DNA of 64,000 bases from a virus (taxonomy: Duplodnaviria > Heunggongvirae > Uroviricota > Caudoviricetes). Of the stretch, positions 44,421 to 55,705 are shown piece by piece (position 1 is the stretch's first letter; each line of letters starts with the position of its first letter). The stretch is taken from IMG/VR virus record IMGVR_UViG_3300042260_000241, one strand, 5' to 3'. The notes under the pieces are model-generated. The model searched no databases. It was not told the origin of the DNA and saw nothing but the letters and a program-made list of their open reading frames with translations. The position numbers and the translations under genes were made by a program.

Positions 44421-45482
44421 ATGACTTACTACATTCGTAATGGAAATCAATTTGACGTAGCTAAAGAGAAGTCTCTTGACATTCAAGATTCTCTTCCCGC
44501 AGGGAACTATATTGTCAAGGAACGACCAATGGATGGTCCTCTCTACCTTGAAGGTGTTGATGACTTTACTCCTATTAAGAAACTTTATGGTACTACTACT
44601 CGTGATGCAGATCGTATCATGCGTACTTACCAAGATCGCGGTATCTCTACCGGTGTTTTACTGAATGGTGAAAAGGGGTCGGGTAAAACATTGCTAGCCA
44701 AGACTTTGTCTATTGAAGCAGCTAAGCTTGGTATTCCTACTATTATCATCAATGCTCCTTGGGTTGGTGACAAGTTCAATAAGTTCATTCAAGATATTGA
44801 TCAAGAATGTATCATCATGTTTGATGAATTTGAAAAGGTGTACGACTCCGATCAGCAGGAAGTTATTCTTACTCTATTGGATGGTGTATTCCCTTCGAAG
44901 AAACTATTCGTTCTAACCTGTAACGATAAGTGGCGTATTGATTCTCATATGCGTAACCGTCCTGGTCGTATCTTCTACATGCTGGACTTCAAAGGTCTGG
45001 AAGATGAATTCATTCGTGAGTACTGTGAAGATACTCTTAAGGCTAAGGAACATATCGAAAAGATTTGTCAAATTGCTGCTACCTTCTCGCAGTTTAACTT
45101 TGACATGTTGAAAGCTCTTGTTGAGGAAATGAATCGATACGACGAAGAACCTCGTCAAGCTCTACGTATGTTGAATGCTAAGCCTGAATTCTCGGGTGAT
45201 AGTAACTTTAAGGTCGAGTGGCGCTTCAATGGTAAACTTATTGAGGATACTAACTGCGAACCTAACACTTGGCAAGGCAACCCATTGATGGCTGAACGCA
45301 TTCATGGTTGGTATGATACCGATCCCGATAGCGACGAAGATAAGGGTAAGTCTATCCGCTTTGGTGTGCACGATCTTATTCAGGTTATGCCCAAGGAAGG
45401 TCGCTTTGTGTACAAGCAAGGTGAAGTGGAAATCACCATGATTCGTAAAGCGGAACACCAATTCAACTGGGACGCTTTTTAA
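44421..45482 (+). CDS. AAA+ ATPase (second, divergent)
   Basis: NGEKGSGKTLLAKTL is a Walker A motif and IIMFDEFEK a Walker B motif. An early promoter lies at about 44360. Confidence 0.65.
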   Translation: MTYYIRNGNQFDVAKEKSLDIQDSLPAGNYIVKERPMDGPLYLEGVDDFTPIKKLYGTTTRDADRIMRTYQDRGISTGVLLNGEKGSGKTLLAKTLSIEAAKLGIPTIIINAPWVGDKFNKFIQDIDQECIIMFDEFEKVYDSDQQEVILTLLDGVFPSKKLFVLTCNDKWRIDSHMRNRPGRIFYMLDFKGLEDEFIREYCEDTLKAKEHIEKICQIAATFSQFNFDMLKALVEEMNRYDEEPRQALRMLNAKPEFSGDSNFKVEWRFNGKLIEDTNCEPNTWQGNPLMAERIHGWYDTDPDSDEDKGKSIRFGVHDLIQVMPKEGRFVYKQGEVEITMIRKAEHQFNWDAF

Positions 45483-45935
45483 TACTAAAGTTCTATATGT
45501 ACAAAAACTCCTTTCCTTGATATAATTAATCTACAGGAAAGGAGTTTGATATGGCAAGAATTGAAAAACCCAATGTTCAGGCTTTCAAAGTTGAACTGTA
45601 TGAATATGAGCGTGGTTGGGGATCGAAGCACTGGGACACTTGGTACTTTGATAACGAACAGGAAGCACGTCAAGCAGCCATTGATTATAACCTAAAGCAC
45701 AATAACAAAGATTACGTACCTGACTGGTATGTTCGTGCAGATTACACAGGACCCGTATGATGAAAAATTTTCTTGATGAGATATTGTATCAACTATACAG
45801 TTCTTCTCTTTCGATTATGGATGTAATTGTAATTAGTGTTATTAGTGCACTTGCACACGAGTATCACTGGTCTGTTTGGATTGTGTTGATTCCATGGATT
45901 GCATATTCGGCTTATCAAAAAGTTAAGTACGACAA

Positions 45936-46298
45936 ATGAAAGCATATCTACATGGCAAGATACACGCCAAGAAATACGGTGGAGTCTCAGATGATTACGC
46001 AGACATTGACGACTTCATCGATTCAACTAAACAAGCAGTTGCTGATGTTAGACACAGAGCAATTTTACATTCAGCATTTGGATGTTTCCTCGTCGAGAAA
46101 ATGTTTGGTCGTACAAGGATCAACTCCGATGGACGCGAATATTCTCCAAGAGATGTTGCTGAAGATCATATCCAACAAGACTTAGGCTTCATCCCTACGA
46201 TGGAGATGTACCTAAACAATATGACCATTCAGCCCTGGATGAGTGGTACTGAAAAGAAAAACCAGGCAACTCGTAAATTCATTAAACTTGAGGATTGA
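45936..46298 (+). CDS. hypothetical protein
   Basis: ORF. Confidence 0.4.
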   Translation: MKAYLHGKIHAKKYGGVSDDYADIDDFIDSTKQAVADVRHRAILHSAFGCFLVEKMFGRTRINSDGREYSPRDVAEDHIQQDLGFIPTMEMYLNNMTIQPWMSGTEKKNQATRKFIKLED

Positions 46299-46304
46299 TA
46301 TATT

Positions 46305-46658
46305 ATGGCAAGCAAATTGGTTCGTATCGAGGCTCCTATTAAAGGTGTCTTTGGTGAGACGGTGAACGTCGGTGATGTAGTCATGGTTATGACTACTGGT
46401 TGGGGTAATGCTTATTTGAATAAAGGTAAGTATCTTGGTTATGTTGAAGGCAGTGGTTACTATAAACAGTGCGCACAGATTGCAATTGAAACCAAGCGAT
46501 ACGTTCAAGTGAAACCAGATGGCACTGAGTTTAATTGGAATAAAGATTATAACCGAGATACTTGGCAAGAAGTACGTAAAACGCTTACACGTAAAGAGAT
46601 TCCGTATACACGTATTTCAACTCTCAAACTTAATCGCATCGCAACTCTGAAAGCCTAA
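46305..46658 (+). CDS. hypothetical protein
   Basis: ORF. Confidence 0.4.
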   Translation: MASKLVRIEAPIKGVFGETVNVGDVVMVMTTGWGNAYLNKGKYLGYVEGSGYYKQCAQIAIETKRYVQVKPDGTEFNWNKDYNRDTWQEVRKTLTRKEIPYTRISTLKLNRIATLKA

Positions 46659-46659
46659 C

Positions 46660-47133
46660 ATGTCTAATCTACAATCTGCTTTTGATAAACTGCTTGAAGA
46701 ACAACGTGAACTTCAAAAGAAGTTTCAAACGACTGCACAAGCACTCTTTAAAGAAACCACTAAGGAATTCTTTGACAAGAATCCCAATGTGACTGCTATC
46801 GTCTGGACACAATATACACCTTACTTTAATGATGGCGATACTTGCGAATTCGGTGTACGTGATGCCACTTTTACAAATGCTCCAGATCCTGAAAATGTTA
46901 GATGGGGTGAATATGACGGTGATGAAGAAGTCGCTGCCGATGGATCTGAGATCTTTGCTTGGGAAGGTTGGGGTGAAGCACCTCATAGTCTAAATACTGA
47001 AATGTGTAAGGCGTTTGATCGAATGATTCAATCTTCTGAAATGGAAGATGTCATGAAAGCGATGTTTGGTGACCACGTCAAAGTGGTTGCTACTCGTGAA
47101 GGTTTTGATGTGGATGATTACGATCATGATTAA
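46660..47133 (+). CDS. hypothetical acidic protein
   Basis: ORF. Confidence 0.4.
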   Translation: MSNLQSAFDKLLEEQRELQKKFQTTAQALFKETTKEFFDKNPNVTAIVWTQYTPYFNDGDTCEFGVRDATFTNAPDPENVRWGEYDGDEEVAADGSEIFAWEGWGEAPHSLNTEMCKAFDRMIQSSEMEDVMKAMFGDHVKVVATREGFDVDDYDHD

Positions 47134-47310
47134 AGCATTTTCTGTATTTGCATTTATCTTTTCCATTCTTGTTTTTATCCAACTTGGATGGAAGGTTCTT
47201 ACACACCAGGAAAAATGGGAGTTTACAAAAATTCTTTTTCGTGGTATAATTATTAGTATGGTAACGGTCACCATCTTGGCCGGAATTGTTATTTTGTTCT
47301 AAGGAAATAT

Positions 47311-48105
47311 ATGAATCGCTTTGTTAAACTGTCTTTGATTGCCGGCGCAGTTGCTTCTATGGTTGCATGTACTCGTATTGAGACAGGTGAAGTTGGTGTT
47401 CGAGTTGGTTTTGATAAACAAGTTCAGTCTGGTGAATTGATGCCAGGTACTTTTAACCAAGTTCTTATTGGTGATGTTTTGACTTTCCCAGTTAAAGACG
47501 TTAACGTTGTCATGGAGAATATGACTCCGGTTGCAAAAGACAACTCTACAATGGCAGACCTTGACGCAGTTGTTGTATATAACATTAATCCTAACCAAGT
47601 TAGTGAATTGTATTCTACGAAGAACAAGAGTTTCCATGCAGAAGCAAAAGGTGACATTTTCTTGATGTATAACTATGTCGTACAAAATGCTCGTAACGCA
47701 ATCTATAAGACTGCTCGTAAATACGAAGCTCTTGACATGGCTGATAACCGTGATCAAATGGAACAGATGATTAAAGAGGAAATCACTAAAAATCTTGCTG
47801 AAGAAAAGTTGGATGGTTCTATTACTATCTCTCAGGTGATGATTCGCAACGTTACTCCTGCAGCAAGCGTTGTTGATTCTGCTAATGCATTGGTTCGCTC
47901 CAAGAACGAACTGAAACAAAAAGAAGTTGAAGTGAAGACTGCTGAAGCAGAAGCACGTCGTATGGCTGCATTGGCAAATCAATCCAGTTCTTCTATTGCA
48001 TATATGCAAGCTCAGGCAATGTTGAATATCTCTGAAGGTATTAAAAATGGAAAGGTACAAACAATTGTTGTTCCTTCTAACTTCACCGCATTGATGACAA
48101 AATGA
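47311..48105 (+). CDS. SPFH/band-7 (prohibitin-like) lipoprotein
   Basis: Lipobox LIAGAVASMVAC and an SPFH-like core with a C-terminal coiled coil. Confidence 0.55.
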   Translation: MNRFVKLSLIAGAVASMVACTRIETGEVGVRVGFDKQVQSGELMPGTFNQVLIGDVLTFPVKDVNVVMENMTPVAKDNSTMADLDAVVVYNINPNQVSELYSTKNKSFHAEAKGDIFLMYNYVVQNARNAIYKTARKYEALDMADNRDQMEQMIKEEITKNLAEEKLDGSITISQVMIRNVTPAASVVDSANALVRSKNELKQKEVEVKTAEAEARRMAALANQSSSSIAYMQAQAMLNISEGIKNGKVQTIVVPSNFTALMTK

Positions 48106-48601
48106 AATTTCCCAAACTAACACCTAATTGGTTTACAGTTCTTCCGGGAACTGTAAAGTTAGCAAGTTTTACACTGTTTGTTATTTGGTGTGCAATGCTT
48201 ATAACTAATCCTGGTTTTACTCTATTACTTACTGCAGTAACTCTAAGTATTGTAAGCATTATGAGGATTGCTGTTTTTCTAGTGGAAAAGAAATAATGAG
48301 TGACTTCGAAGTACATCCAATAGGTACTTCACGGGAGATTAAACTCTCCCGTGAACTTGCGCAGTCAATTGATGAAGCAATAACACAATATGGTAAAGTA
48401 GTTCCTCATGATGTTCTGCAAGCATATCTAAAACTTAGAGAATTTTATGCAAAACAAATCGAAACAGAACTGTTGTAACGGAGATTGTCGTCAAGGCAGG
48501 GATTGCCCACACTATGATGGCACAGTTCCTGGTTTTTCTAAGATCATAATCACTATCATTACTGTTATGATAGTACTTTTAACAATAAAAACATTATTGT
48601 C

Positions 48602-49270
48602 ATGAAAATTTACATTTCAAACTATCGCAATCATTGGATTTCTCCTTATACTATTCTAGAAAAGGTACTTTTTTGGAAAAATTGGGAAGAAATTGACTAT
48701 GATGAGCCTTGGGTTGAAAAATGGTCTGATCGTTTGATGCCTTTTTGCAATTTTTGGCAAAAATTTTTGGATTTTGTTCATCCTGATGTTAATTATGTGA
48801 AAATTGACCGTTGGGATACATGGTCTATGGATCATACATTGGGCAAAATCGCTCTTCCAATGCTAAAACAACTAAAAGCAACCAAACATGGTGCACCTTT
48901 GGTTGACGACGAAGACGTTCCAGACGAATTGAAGTCTACTTCAGCACCTGCAAAAGAAAATGAATGGGATACTGATGGAAACCACTTCAAACGCTGGGAT
49001 TACGTCATGGACGAAATGATTTTTGCCTTTGAACACCGTCTCGATGATTCATGGCAAGACGCTTATCGCTCTGGTGAGATTGATTTTGTCTCCGTGCCAG
49101 TTGACAAAGATGGAAATGAAGTTCCAAAGGCCAGCGCAAAGTATTTTGAAATGCGTAAAGGACCTAAAGACACGTATCAGTGTGATTATGATGGAATTCG
49201 TAAAGTAGAGGAACGTATCCAAAATGGATTCCGTTTGTTTGGAAAATATTATTCGGGACTATGGGACTAA
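48602..49270 (+). CDS. hypothetical protein
   Basis: ORF. Confidence 0.4.
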   Translation: MKIYISNYRNHWISPYTILEKVLFWKNWEEIDYDEPWVEKWSDRLMPFCNFWQKFLDFVHPDVNYVKIDRWDTWSMDHTLGKIALPMLKQLKATKHGAPLVDDEDVPDELKSTSAPAKENEWDTDGNHFKRWDYVMDEMIFAFEHRLDDSWQDAYRSGEIDFVSVPVDKDGNEVPKASAKYFEMRKGPKDTYQCDYDGIRKVEERIQNGFRLFGKYYSGLWD

Positions 49271-49538
49271 TATTAAAAAATACAATTGAATGGATCCGAA
49301 ATGACTTACGCTCTCATCCTATTCGTTTTATCCTTGAGCTTACTGCATGGGCTTTGTCAATTGGGTGTTCATTGGTCATGGCTATTACAGTCCCGAATCC
49401 GCCCTTATTTTATTTGTACCCTGCTTGGATCCTCGGTTGTAGCATCTATCTCTGGGCTGCTTTTACTCGTGGAAGCTTTGGGATGGTTGCGAATTACTTA
49501 CTTTTAACTGCAATTGATATTATTGGATTGATGAGATT

Positions 49539-50129
49539 ATGGACGACTGCGTAATTTACGACTTTGAAACACTTGGTCAAGACCAACGTAATTCGGTCGT
49601 TTTGTCATTCGCAATGATTACTTTTAGCGAACGACACTATAAGAGTGATCCATATGAATATATGGAACTAGTGAATAAAGCTAAGTTCATTAAGTTTGAT
49701 GTAGCATCTCAAGTTAATGCCGGTCGTAAGATTAATCTTGAAACACTAAAGTGGTGGAAAGATCAAGGTGACGAAGCACAGAAACAACTTCGTCCTTTAC
49801 TTGATGATAAACCACTTTCAGAACTTGCTAATTTCATCAAGAAAAACACTGAAGATTGTAAGATTAAGAAATCATTCACTCGTGGTAATACGTTTGATCC
49901 TATGTTTCTACAATATATTATGGAAGAAACTGGTGATAAGGATCCATTTCACTGGCGTTCCGTACGTGATACGCGCTCTATGATTGAAGGTATGTCATTT
50001 GGAATGAAACTTGATAATGGTTTTACACCAAGTGAACTTGAAAACCAATTTATTAAACATGATCCAAGACACGATATTGCGATGGACGTCATGAGAATGC
50101 AACTTCTTGCACAAGCCATTTTACAATAA
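49539..50129 (+). CDS. DEDD-family 3'-5' exonuclease (DexA-like)
   Basis: VIYDFETLG matches the Exo I DxE motif. Confidence 0.55.
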   Translation: MDDCVIYDFETLGQDQRNSVVLSFAMITFSERHYKSDPYEYMELVNKAKFIKFDVASQVNAGRKINLETLKWWKDQGDEAQKQLRPLLDDKPLSELANFIKKNTEDCKIKKSFTRGNTFDPMFLQYIMEETGDKDPFHWRSVRDTRSMIEGMSFGMKLDNGFTPSELENQFIKHDPRHDIAMDVMRMQLLAQAILQ

Positions 50130-50154
50130 TTCGTTTTTATGATATAATACAAAT

Positions 50155-51006
50155 ATGAAAATAGCTCTTGCATCAGATTTACATATCGAATTTGGCCCCG
50201 TTTCATTAGAAAATGATGGGGCTGATGTGCTTATTTTGTCGGGCGATATTATTGTCGCCAATGATTTGAGGGAACGCGATGTTTACAATATTAGAGGCTA
50301 CGCTGATCGTTCTAATAAATTCCATACGTTCTTTGAAGAATGTTGTGCGCGATTCCCTAATGTCATTTATGTTATGGGGAACCATGAACATTATCACGGT
50401 GATTTTAAGTTCACTCTTGAACATCTCCGCACTCATCTTAGCTACCTACCTAATCTTCATATTCTTGAAAGAGAATACGTTACTCTTGGCGATGTAACTT
50501 TCATCGGCGGCACACTTTGGACTGATATGAATAATGGTGATGCACTGACGTTATATCATATGCGCACAATGATGAATGACTTCCGCATTGTTAAAAACAG
50601 TAATCGCGAAGTGAACTTCAAAGATGAAAATGGTAAGTTTCATACTCGGTCTGCAAAGTTTTGCGCTGAGGACGCCTTTGAAGAACATGTTAAGATGAAA
50701 GAATATATTCGTCATGTTATTGAAGGTCAATTTGATGAAAAATTTGTAGTAGTTGGTCACCATGCACCAAGTAAACAAAGCACAAAACCTCGCTATCAAA
50801 ACGATACTTTGATGAATGGTGGTTATTCTTCTGATCTTAGTGAGTTTATTCTTGATCATCCTCAAATCAAAATCTGGACTCACGGTCACACTCATGATAA
50901 GTTTGATTATATGATTGGATCTACTCGTATTATTTGTAACCCGCGCGGTTACATTGGTTATGAAGATACAGCTGATAACTTTAAATTAGAATATTTTGAA
51001 GTATGA
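50155..51006 (+). CDS. metallophosphoesterase
   Basis: DLHIEF, LSGDI, GNHEHY, GHHAP and GHTH motifs. Confidence 0.7.
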   Translation: MKIALASDLHIEFGPVSLENDGADVLILSGDIIVANDLRERDVYNIRGYADRSNKFHTFFEECCARFPNVIYVMGNHEHYHGDFKFTLEHLRTHLSYLPNLHILEREYVTLGDVTFIGGTLWTDMNNGDALTLYHMRTMMNDFRIVKNSNREVNFKDENGKFHTRSAKFCAEDAFEEHVKMKEYIRHVIEGQFDEKFVVVGHHAPSKQSTKPRYQNDTLMNGGYSSDLSEFILDHPQIKIWTHGHTHDKFDYMIGSTRIICNPRGYIGYEDTADNFKLEYFEV

Positions 51007-51466
51007 TTGTTCAACTTGAAACTGATGAAAATGGTGATTTGATTCTTCCACTTAGTGACGAGCTTTGTGCCGAAGCCGGCTGGAAGATCGGTGATACTAT
51101 TGAATGGATTGATAATGGTGATGGTTCTTGGACAATGAGGAAAAAAGAAATGGAAAAAGAACTTGTAATGGTTGAGTGTATTTCTACATTTCGTATGCGC
51201 TATGTTGTAGAAGTACCAAAGGGCAAAAAAGAATGGGCAATGGATACAGTTGTCTGCAATGAAGCTGAAGAGTTTTCTCAAGAACATATTGGCGAGCAAA
51301 TCGTTTCTCACCGTGTGATTGATGAAGCAGAATATCTTCGAATGTTTGATGAAGATAACTCTTATCTTAGCAAATGGGATAATGATCTAAAGTTTAGATG
51401 TGTTAAACGCTGGGAAGAATCAGAGATTGAACATTCTGAGTATTACTATGATACTGAAAGAAACAA

Positions 51467-51964
51467 ATGAAAATCTATCTTGACATGGATGGAGTCCTTA
51501 CGGACTTTGAAAAACGATATGAAGAATTGTTTGGTGTAAGACCAGACGAGGTACAGTCACGAACTAAACATTTTTGGGATAATTGGCAAGAATTTATCAA
51601 TGGTGGTAACTTTAAAACTCTTGATAAACATAAACATGCAGATACTCTTTTGAATTTTGTAAATTCTCTTGGAGTTCCTGTTGAAATTTTATCTTCTTCG
51701 GGTGGTGAAAAAAATCATGAATGTGTGACTATTCAAAAGATTGCATGGTTGTGTAATAATGGTATTCCATATAAAGCAAATATTGTTCCAGGTGGATCTA
51801 AGAAAGCTTCATATGCTCACCCTTGGCACATTTTAGTTGATGATACTCCACACGTCGTAGAAAAGTATCGTGCAGCAGGTGGTACTGCTGTACTTCACCA
51901 TGATATCAATGAAACGATTGCACAATTATCTAAGTTGCATTTAGAATGGCAGGGCGGTCAATGA
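51467..51964 (+). CDS. HAD-family 5'(3')-deoxyribonucleotidase-like
   Basis: LDMDGVLTDF matches the DxDGV HAD motif I. Confidence 0.6.
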   Translation: MKIYLDMDGVLTDFEKRYEELFGVRPDEVQSRTKHFWDNWQEFINGGNFKTLDKHKHADTLLNFVNSLGVPVEILSSSGGEKNHECVTIQKIAWLCNNGIPYKANIVPGGSKKASYAHPWHILVDDTPHVVEKYRAAGGTAVLHHDINETIAQLSKLHLEWQGGQ

Positions 51965-52620
51965 TATGTGCTTCAACTACTATATCGCGTGACCTCTTAG
52001 TCCAGAGTGGAAGTAGTGAAATAAAAGATTATATCTATAAAGAACTTCAATCTCAGATTAGTAAAAGTCTGATAAAAGACTTAGAAAAGCATATGAATAT
52101 AAAAGAAACAAGAGATGCATTAACTGATACAATAACATATACTGCAACCGTTGACCCCTATACTGCTTACAACACTTCTTCGAACACCATAACTGTTGCA
52201 GGTTATAATGGTGTTATTGGTAGTTCTACGATAACTCCTGTACAAAAAAACCTACGTGTGGTAGAATATACTAAATCTGGTAAAATTACACGCGTTGAAT
52301 TGCAATTTTATGATGAACACAGTGACGATTGGATTAAAGTTCCAAGAATTCAATTAGAGGAATAATATGTTTAGTGTTAATACAGCAAACAAACTTGATA
52401 CACAGTCTTATAGTGCGCCTATTCCTCCAGCGCCACCTCCAATAACAATTGTTAAACCTCTTTCGTATCAATTTCAAGTTGTTGAATATATGAAAGACGA
52501 TAAAATTGTAAAAGTAGAATTGCAAGTTCAACAAACTACACATGACGAATATGGTAATGTTGTGTTTAGTTCTGGTTTTTCTCCAGTTCCACGTATTCAA
52601 CTCCCTATGATTGATCATAA

Positions 52621-53391
52621 ATGATTTTCAAATTTAAACAAAAACCAGTAGTGCTTAACGCATATACTTATCGTAAAGAATTAGTTGATCTATTTCCAAT
52701 TCAACGTATGCAAAAACATATTCCTGAATGGTGGAGAAACATTGATGGAAAAGCTTATCATCCGCAATTTGGAGAAACAGAATCCAACACAATGAAACAT
52801 TGCGCTGGGTTTATGGACTTCTATAAGTATGGTTATACAATTCCTCTTTGGACCGATGCAAAATTTAAATTGGGTATGAATGGTCGATCCTTCGATGCGT
52901 TGTTTTCAGACGAAGGAAGTCAAGGTATTATTCATCAACCAGAACAGCGTGGATCATATTTACCTGCTAACAAATATCAACATGTCAAACTATCATCTCC
53001 ATGGATGATTGATTGTTCTGAAGAAGTTAATTTTGCATTTGTTGGCAATACTTGGAATATAGACAATCCAGATGATATCATCGTTCCTTCAGGTGTACTA
53101 AATTTCAAATATCAGAAATCTTTGAATATTAATATGTTTTTGTCATATGGTTCTAAAGAAAAAGTAATTGAGATTGCAAGCGGAACTCCACTATTCAATT
53201 TGTTGCCAATGACAGAACGCGAAATTGTTCTAAACGTTAAAGGCGTATCAAAGGAAGAATTTGCAGATAGAATGGGTGTGTATCAACACCACTTTGCATT
53301 CAATGGCAATTACTTTAAACTGCGTAATTTCTTGAAAAAGAAAGAACAAGAAGAAACAAAATCTAAGTGTCCTTTTGGATTTGGAAAATGA
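52621..53391 (+). CDS. hypothetical protein
   Basis: ORF. Confidence 0.4.
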   Translation: MIFKFKQKPVVLNAYTYRKELVDLFPIQRMQKHIPEWWRNIDGKAYHPQFGETESNTMKHCAGFMDFYKYGYTIPLWTDAKFKLGMNGRSFDALFSDEGSQGIIHQPEQRGSYLPANKYQHVKLSSPWMIDCSEEVNFAFVGNTWNIDNPDDIIVPSGVLNFKYQKSLNINMFLSYGSKEKVIEIASGTPLFNLLPMTEREIVLNVKGVSKEEFADRMGVYQHHFAFNGNYFKLRNFLKKKEQEETKSKCPFGFGK

Positions 53392-54032
53392 ATATCTTTT
53401 ATCTTCACGAAGATCCTGAAATCTGTGCACAAATGCACAACGACAAACACGTTGTAAAAATGATTTTGGAATATGCTCAATTACTTTCTACTGCCCACCG
53501 TTTTCTTGATGGTACTATTTCTATGGGTCGTTCAAAATCTGGACGTAAGAAAACTTCATATGTGCTTGACGATCAGCGTGATAGTGTTCTTTACGCTGCT
53601 ACTCATATCAATCATCCTTCTGCTAAATGGGTAAGACATTGCGAACAGAATTATTTTTGGCTCTTTGAAATGTGGATAGAACTTCTTCGTGAATATTCTC
53701 ATCGCTATGATAAGGTACACTCTTCTGATCGTTTGGTTGAATATCTTGCTAACTCGCCAAAGAACATTCCAAAGGATGTCGAATGGTCTCCACCTTGGCG
53801 CGCTATGCCAGATGAATTTAAAGTAGATCGTTCTATCGATGATTATACTGTTAAATCGTATCGAGCATATTATCTTGGTGCTAAAGTGAAAATGTGCCGT
53901 TGGACTAATCGCGAAATGCCTGAATGGTTTGCAGATGGTATAAATACATTATATGAAGATGCTTGTTATATTGAACACAAGCCAAAACTGAATAGAATTA
54001 TTTCGATGCCACTACAATATGCCAACATATAA
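53367..54032 (+). CDS. hypothetical protein
   Basis: ORF. Confidence 0.4.
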   Translation: MSFWIWKMNIFYLHEDPEICAQMHNDKHVVKMILEYAQLLSTAHRFLDGTISMGRSKSGRKKTSYVLDDQRDSVLYAATHINHPSAKWVRHCEQNYFWLFEMWIELLREYSHRYDKVHSSDRLVEYLANSPKNIPKDVEWSPPWRAMPDEFKVDRSIDDYTVKSYRAYYLGAKVKMCRWTNREMPEWFADGINTLYEDACYIEHKPKLNRIISMPLQYANI

Positions 54033-54284
54033 ATTCAAAGACACTCGCAGTGGAGAAGAATTTGACAAGTTTATGTCAATCTCTGCTCGCGAGCAATATC
54101 TAAAAGACAATCCCCATTTAGAGCAAATGATTGCAGGAGTTCCAATGATTGGAGATCCTGTGAACATGGGCGTCACCAAGCGCGATTCAGGCTTCAAGCA
54201 CGTATTACAACAAATCCATGAAAGGACTCCAGGCAGCGACTTGAAGAAAATGAACGCTTTTTAATAACCAACCGGAGATAAAGA

Positions 54285-55064
54285 TTGGCAAGCTCAAGAA
54301 AAGCATCACTTAAGAGCGTAGATAATGAATCACATGATAATAAATCCCCAAGAGTTGCAGTGAACAATTCGTTAAAAATAAGGATTGATGACTTAAAAAC
54401 ATTCGAACCACTTACACAGAATCAAAAAATATTTTTTGATTCCTATAAAAGAGGTGATTATTTTGTAGCATTACATGGAGTTGCCGGAACTGGTAAAACA
54501 TTTTGTGCATTGTATAAAGCACTAGAAGAAGTACTCGATAAGAGTAATCCATTTAAAAAGATTATTGTTGTTCGTTCAGCAGTACAATCACGTGAAATTG
54601 GTCATTTGCCTGGAGACGTGACCGAAAAAATGGAAATCTATCAACAACCATACCGTCAAATTTGCGAAACATTATTTGGTCGCAAAGATGCATGGGATAG
54701 ATTAGAAGAACAAGGTTATATTGAATTCATTTCAACTTCGTTCATTCGCGGTATGTCATTTGACGATGCAATTATTATCGTTGATGAAATGCAGAATTTG
54801 ACGTTTGAAGAAATTGACACTGTTATGACTCGTGTTGGTTACCGTTCTAAAATCATTTGGTGCGGTGATTATAGACAAACTGATTTGAATAAAAAGAAGA
54901 ATGATGTCACTGGTATTTTGAAGTTTTTTGACATTGCATATCATATGGGTGCATTTACAAAGATTGAATTTACAGTTGATGATATTGTTCGAAGTTCATT
55001 GGTCAAGGATTATATTTTGGCCAAATTAAAATATGAAGACAACGTTTCACCACATTCATCATGA
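54285..55064 (+). CDS. phoH: PhoH-like ATPase
   Basis: HGVAGTGKTF is a Walker A motif and IIVDEMQNL a Walker B motif. Confidence 0.75.
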   Translation: MASSRKASLKSVDNESHDNKSPRVAVNNSLKIRIDDLKTFEPLTQNQKIFFDSYKRGDYFVALHGVAGTGKTFCALYKALEEVLDKSNPFKKIIVVRSAVQSREIGHLPGDVTEKMEIYQQPYRQICETLFGRKDAWDRLEEQGYIEFISTSFIRGMSFDDAIIIVDEMQNLTFEEIDTVMTRVGYRSKIIWCGDYRQTDLNKKKNDVTGILKFFDIAYHMGAFTKIEFTVDDIVRSSLVKDYILAKLKYEDNVSPHSS

Positions 55065-55692
55065 GATTGATAAGCTTACCCGTATCGATTCACCGGGTGG
55101 TAGACTATATCAAACGCCAACCGGTCGATCCTATCCATCGGTCACATCTGTCCTCGGAATCCTTGGAAAAGCAGAAATCCTTGAGTGGAGAAAACGGGTT
55201 GGAGAAGACGAAGCAAATAGGATCTCGTCAAGAGCAGCACGTAGAGGCACTGCTATACACACGCTCTGCGAACATTATTTACTCAACGAGAACGTCAATC
55301 CTGGACCTTTTGATTTAGATACATTTAAGTCTTTAAAGCCATATCTAGACAATATAAATAATATACATTGTCTAGAGACTCAACTTTATTCAGATTTCCT
55401 TCAAGTTGCCGGTACTGTAGATTGTATTGCCGAGTATGAAGGAAAACTTTCTATAATTGACTTTAAAACGTCAAAGAGAGTTAAGTCACGAGACGATATT
55501 CACGGGTATTTCATGCAGACAGCTGCATATGCTGTTATGTTTGAAGAAAGAACCGGAATTCCAGTTGGAAAATTGGTTATCATCATGTCTGTCGATGATG
55601 ATAAACCATTAATTTTCAAAGAGAAACGCGACGATTGGATAAATAGATTTATAGAGCTAAGGGAAGATTATTCAAAGCTCATGAACAAATAA
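55033..55692 (+). CDS. putative PD-(D/E)XK-like nuclease
   Basis: VDCIAEYEGKLSIIDFKTSK gives a D...E.K arrangement. The start codon is uncertain. Confidence 0.35.
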   Translation: MKTTFHHIHHEIDKLTRIDSPGGRLYQTPTGRSYPSVTSVLGILGKAEILEWRKRVGEDEANRISSRAARRGTAIHTLCEHYLLNENVNPGPFDLDTFKSLKPYLDNINNIHCLETQLYSDFLQVAGTVDCIAEYEGKLSIIDFKTSKRVKSRDDIHGYFMQTAAYAVMFEERTGIPVGKLVIIMSVDDDKPLIFKEKRDDWINRFIELREDYSKLMNK

Positions 55693-55705
55693 AGGAACAG
55701 ATAAA

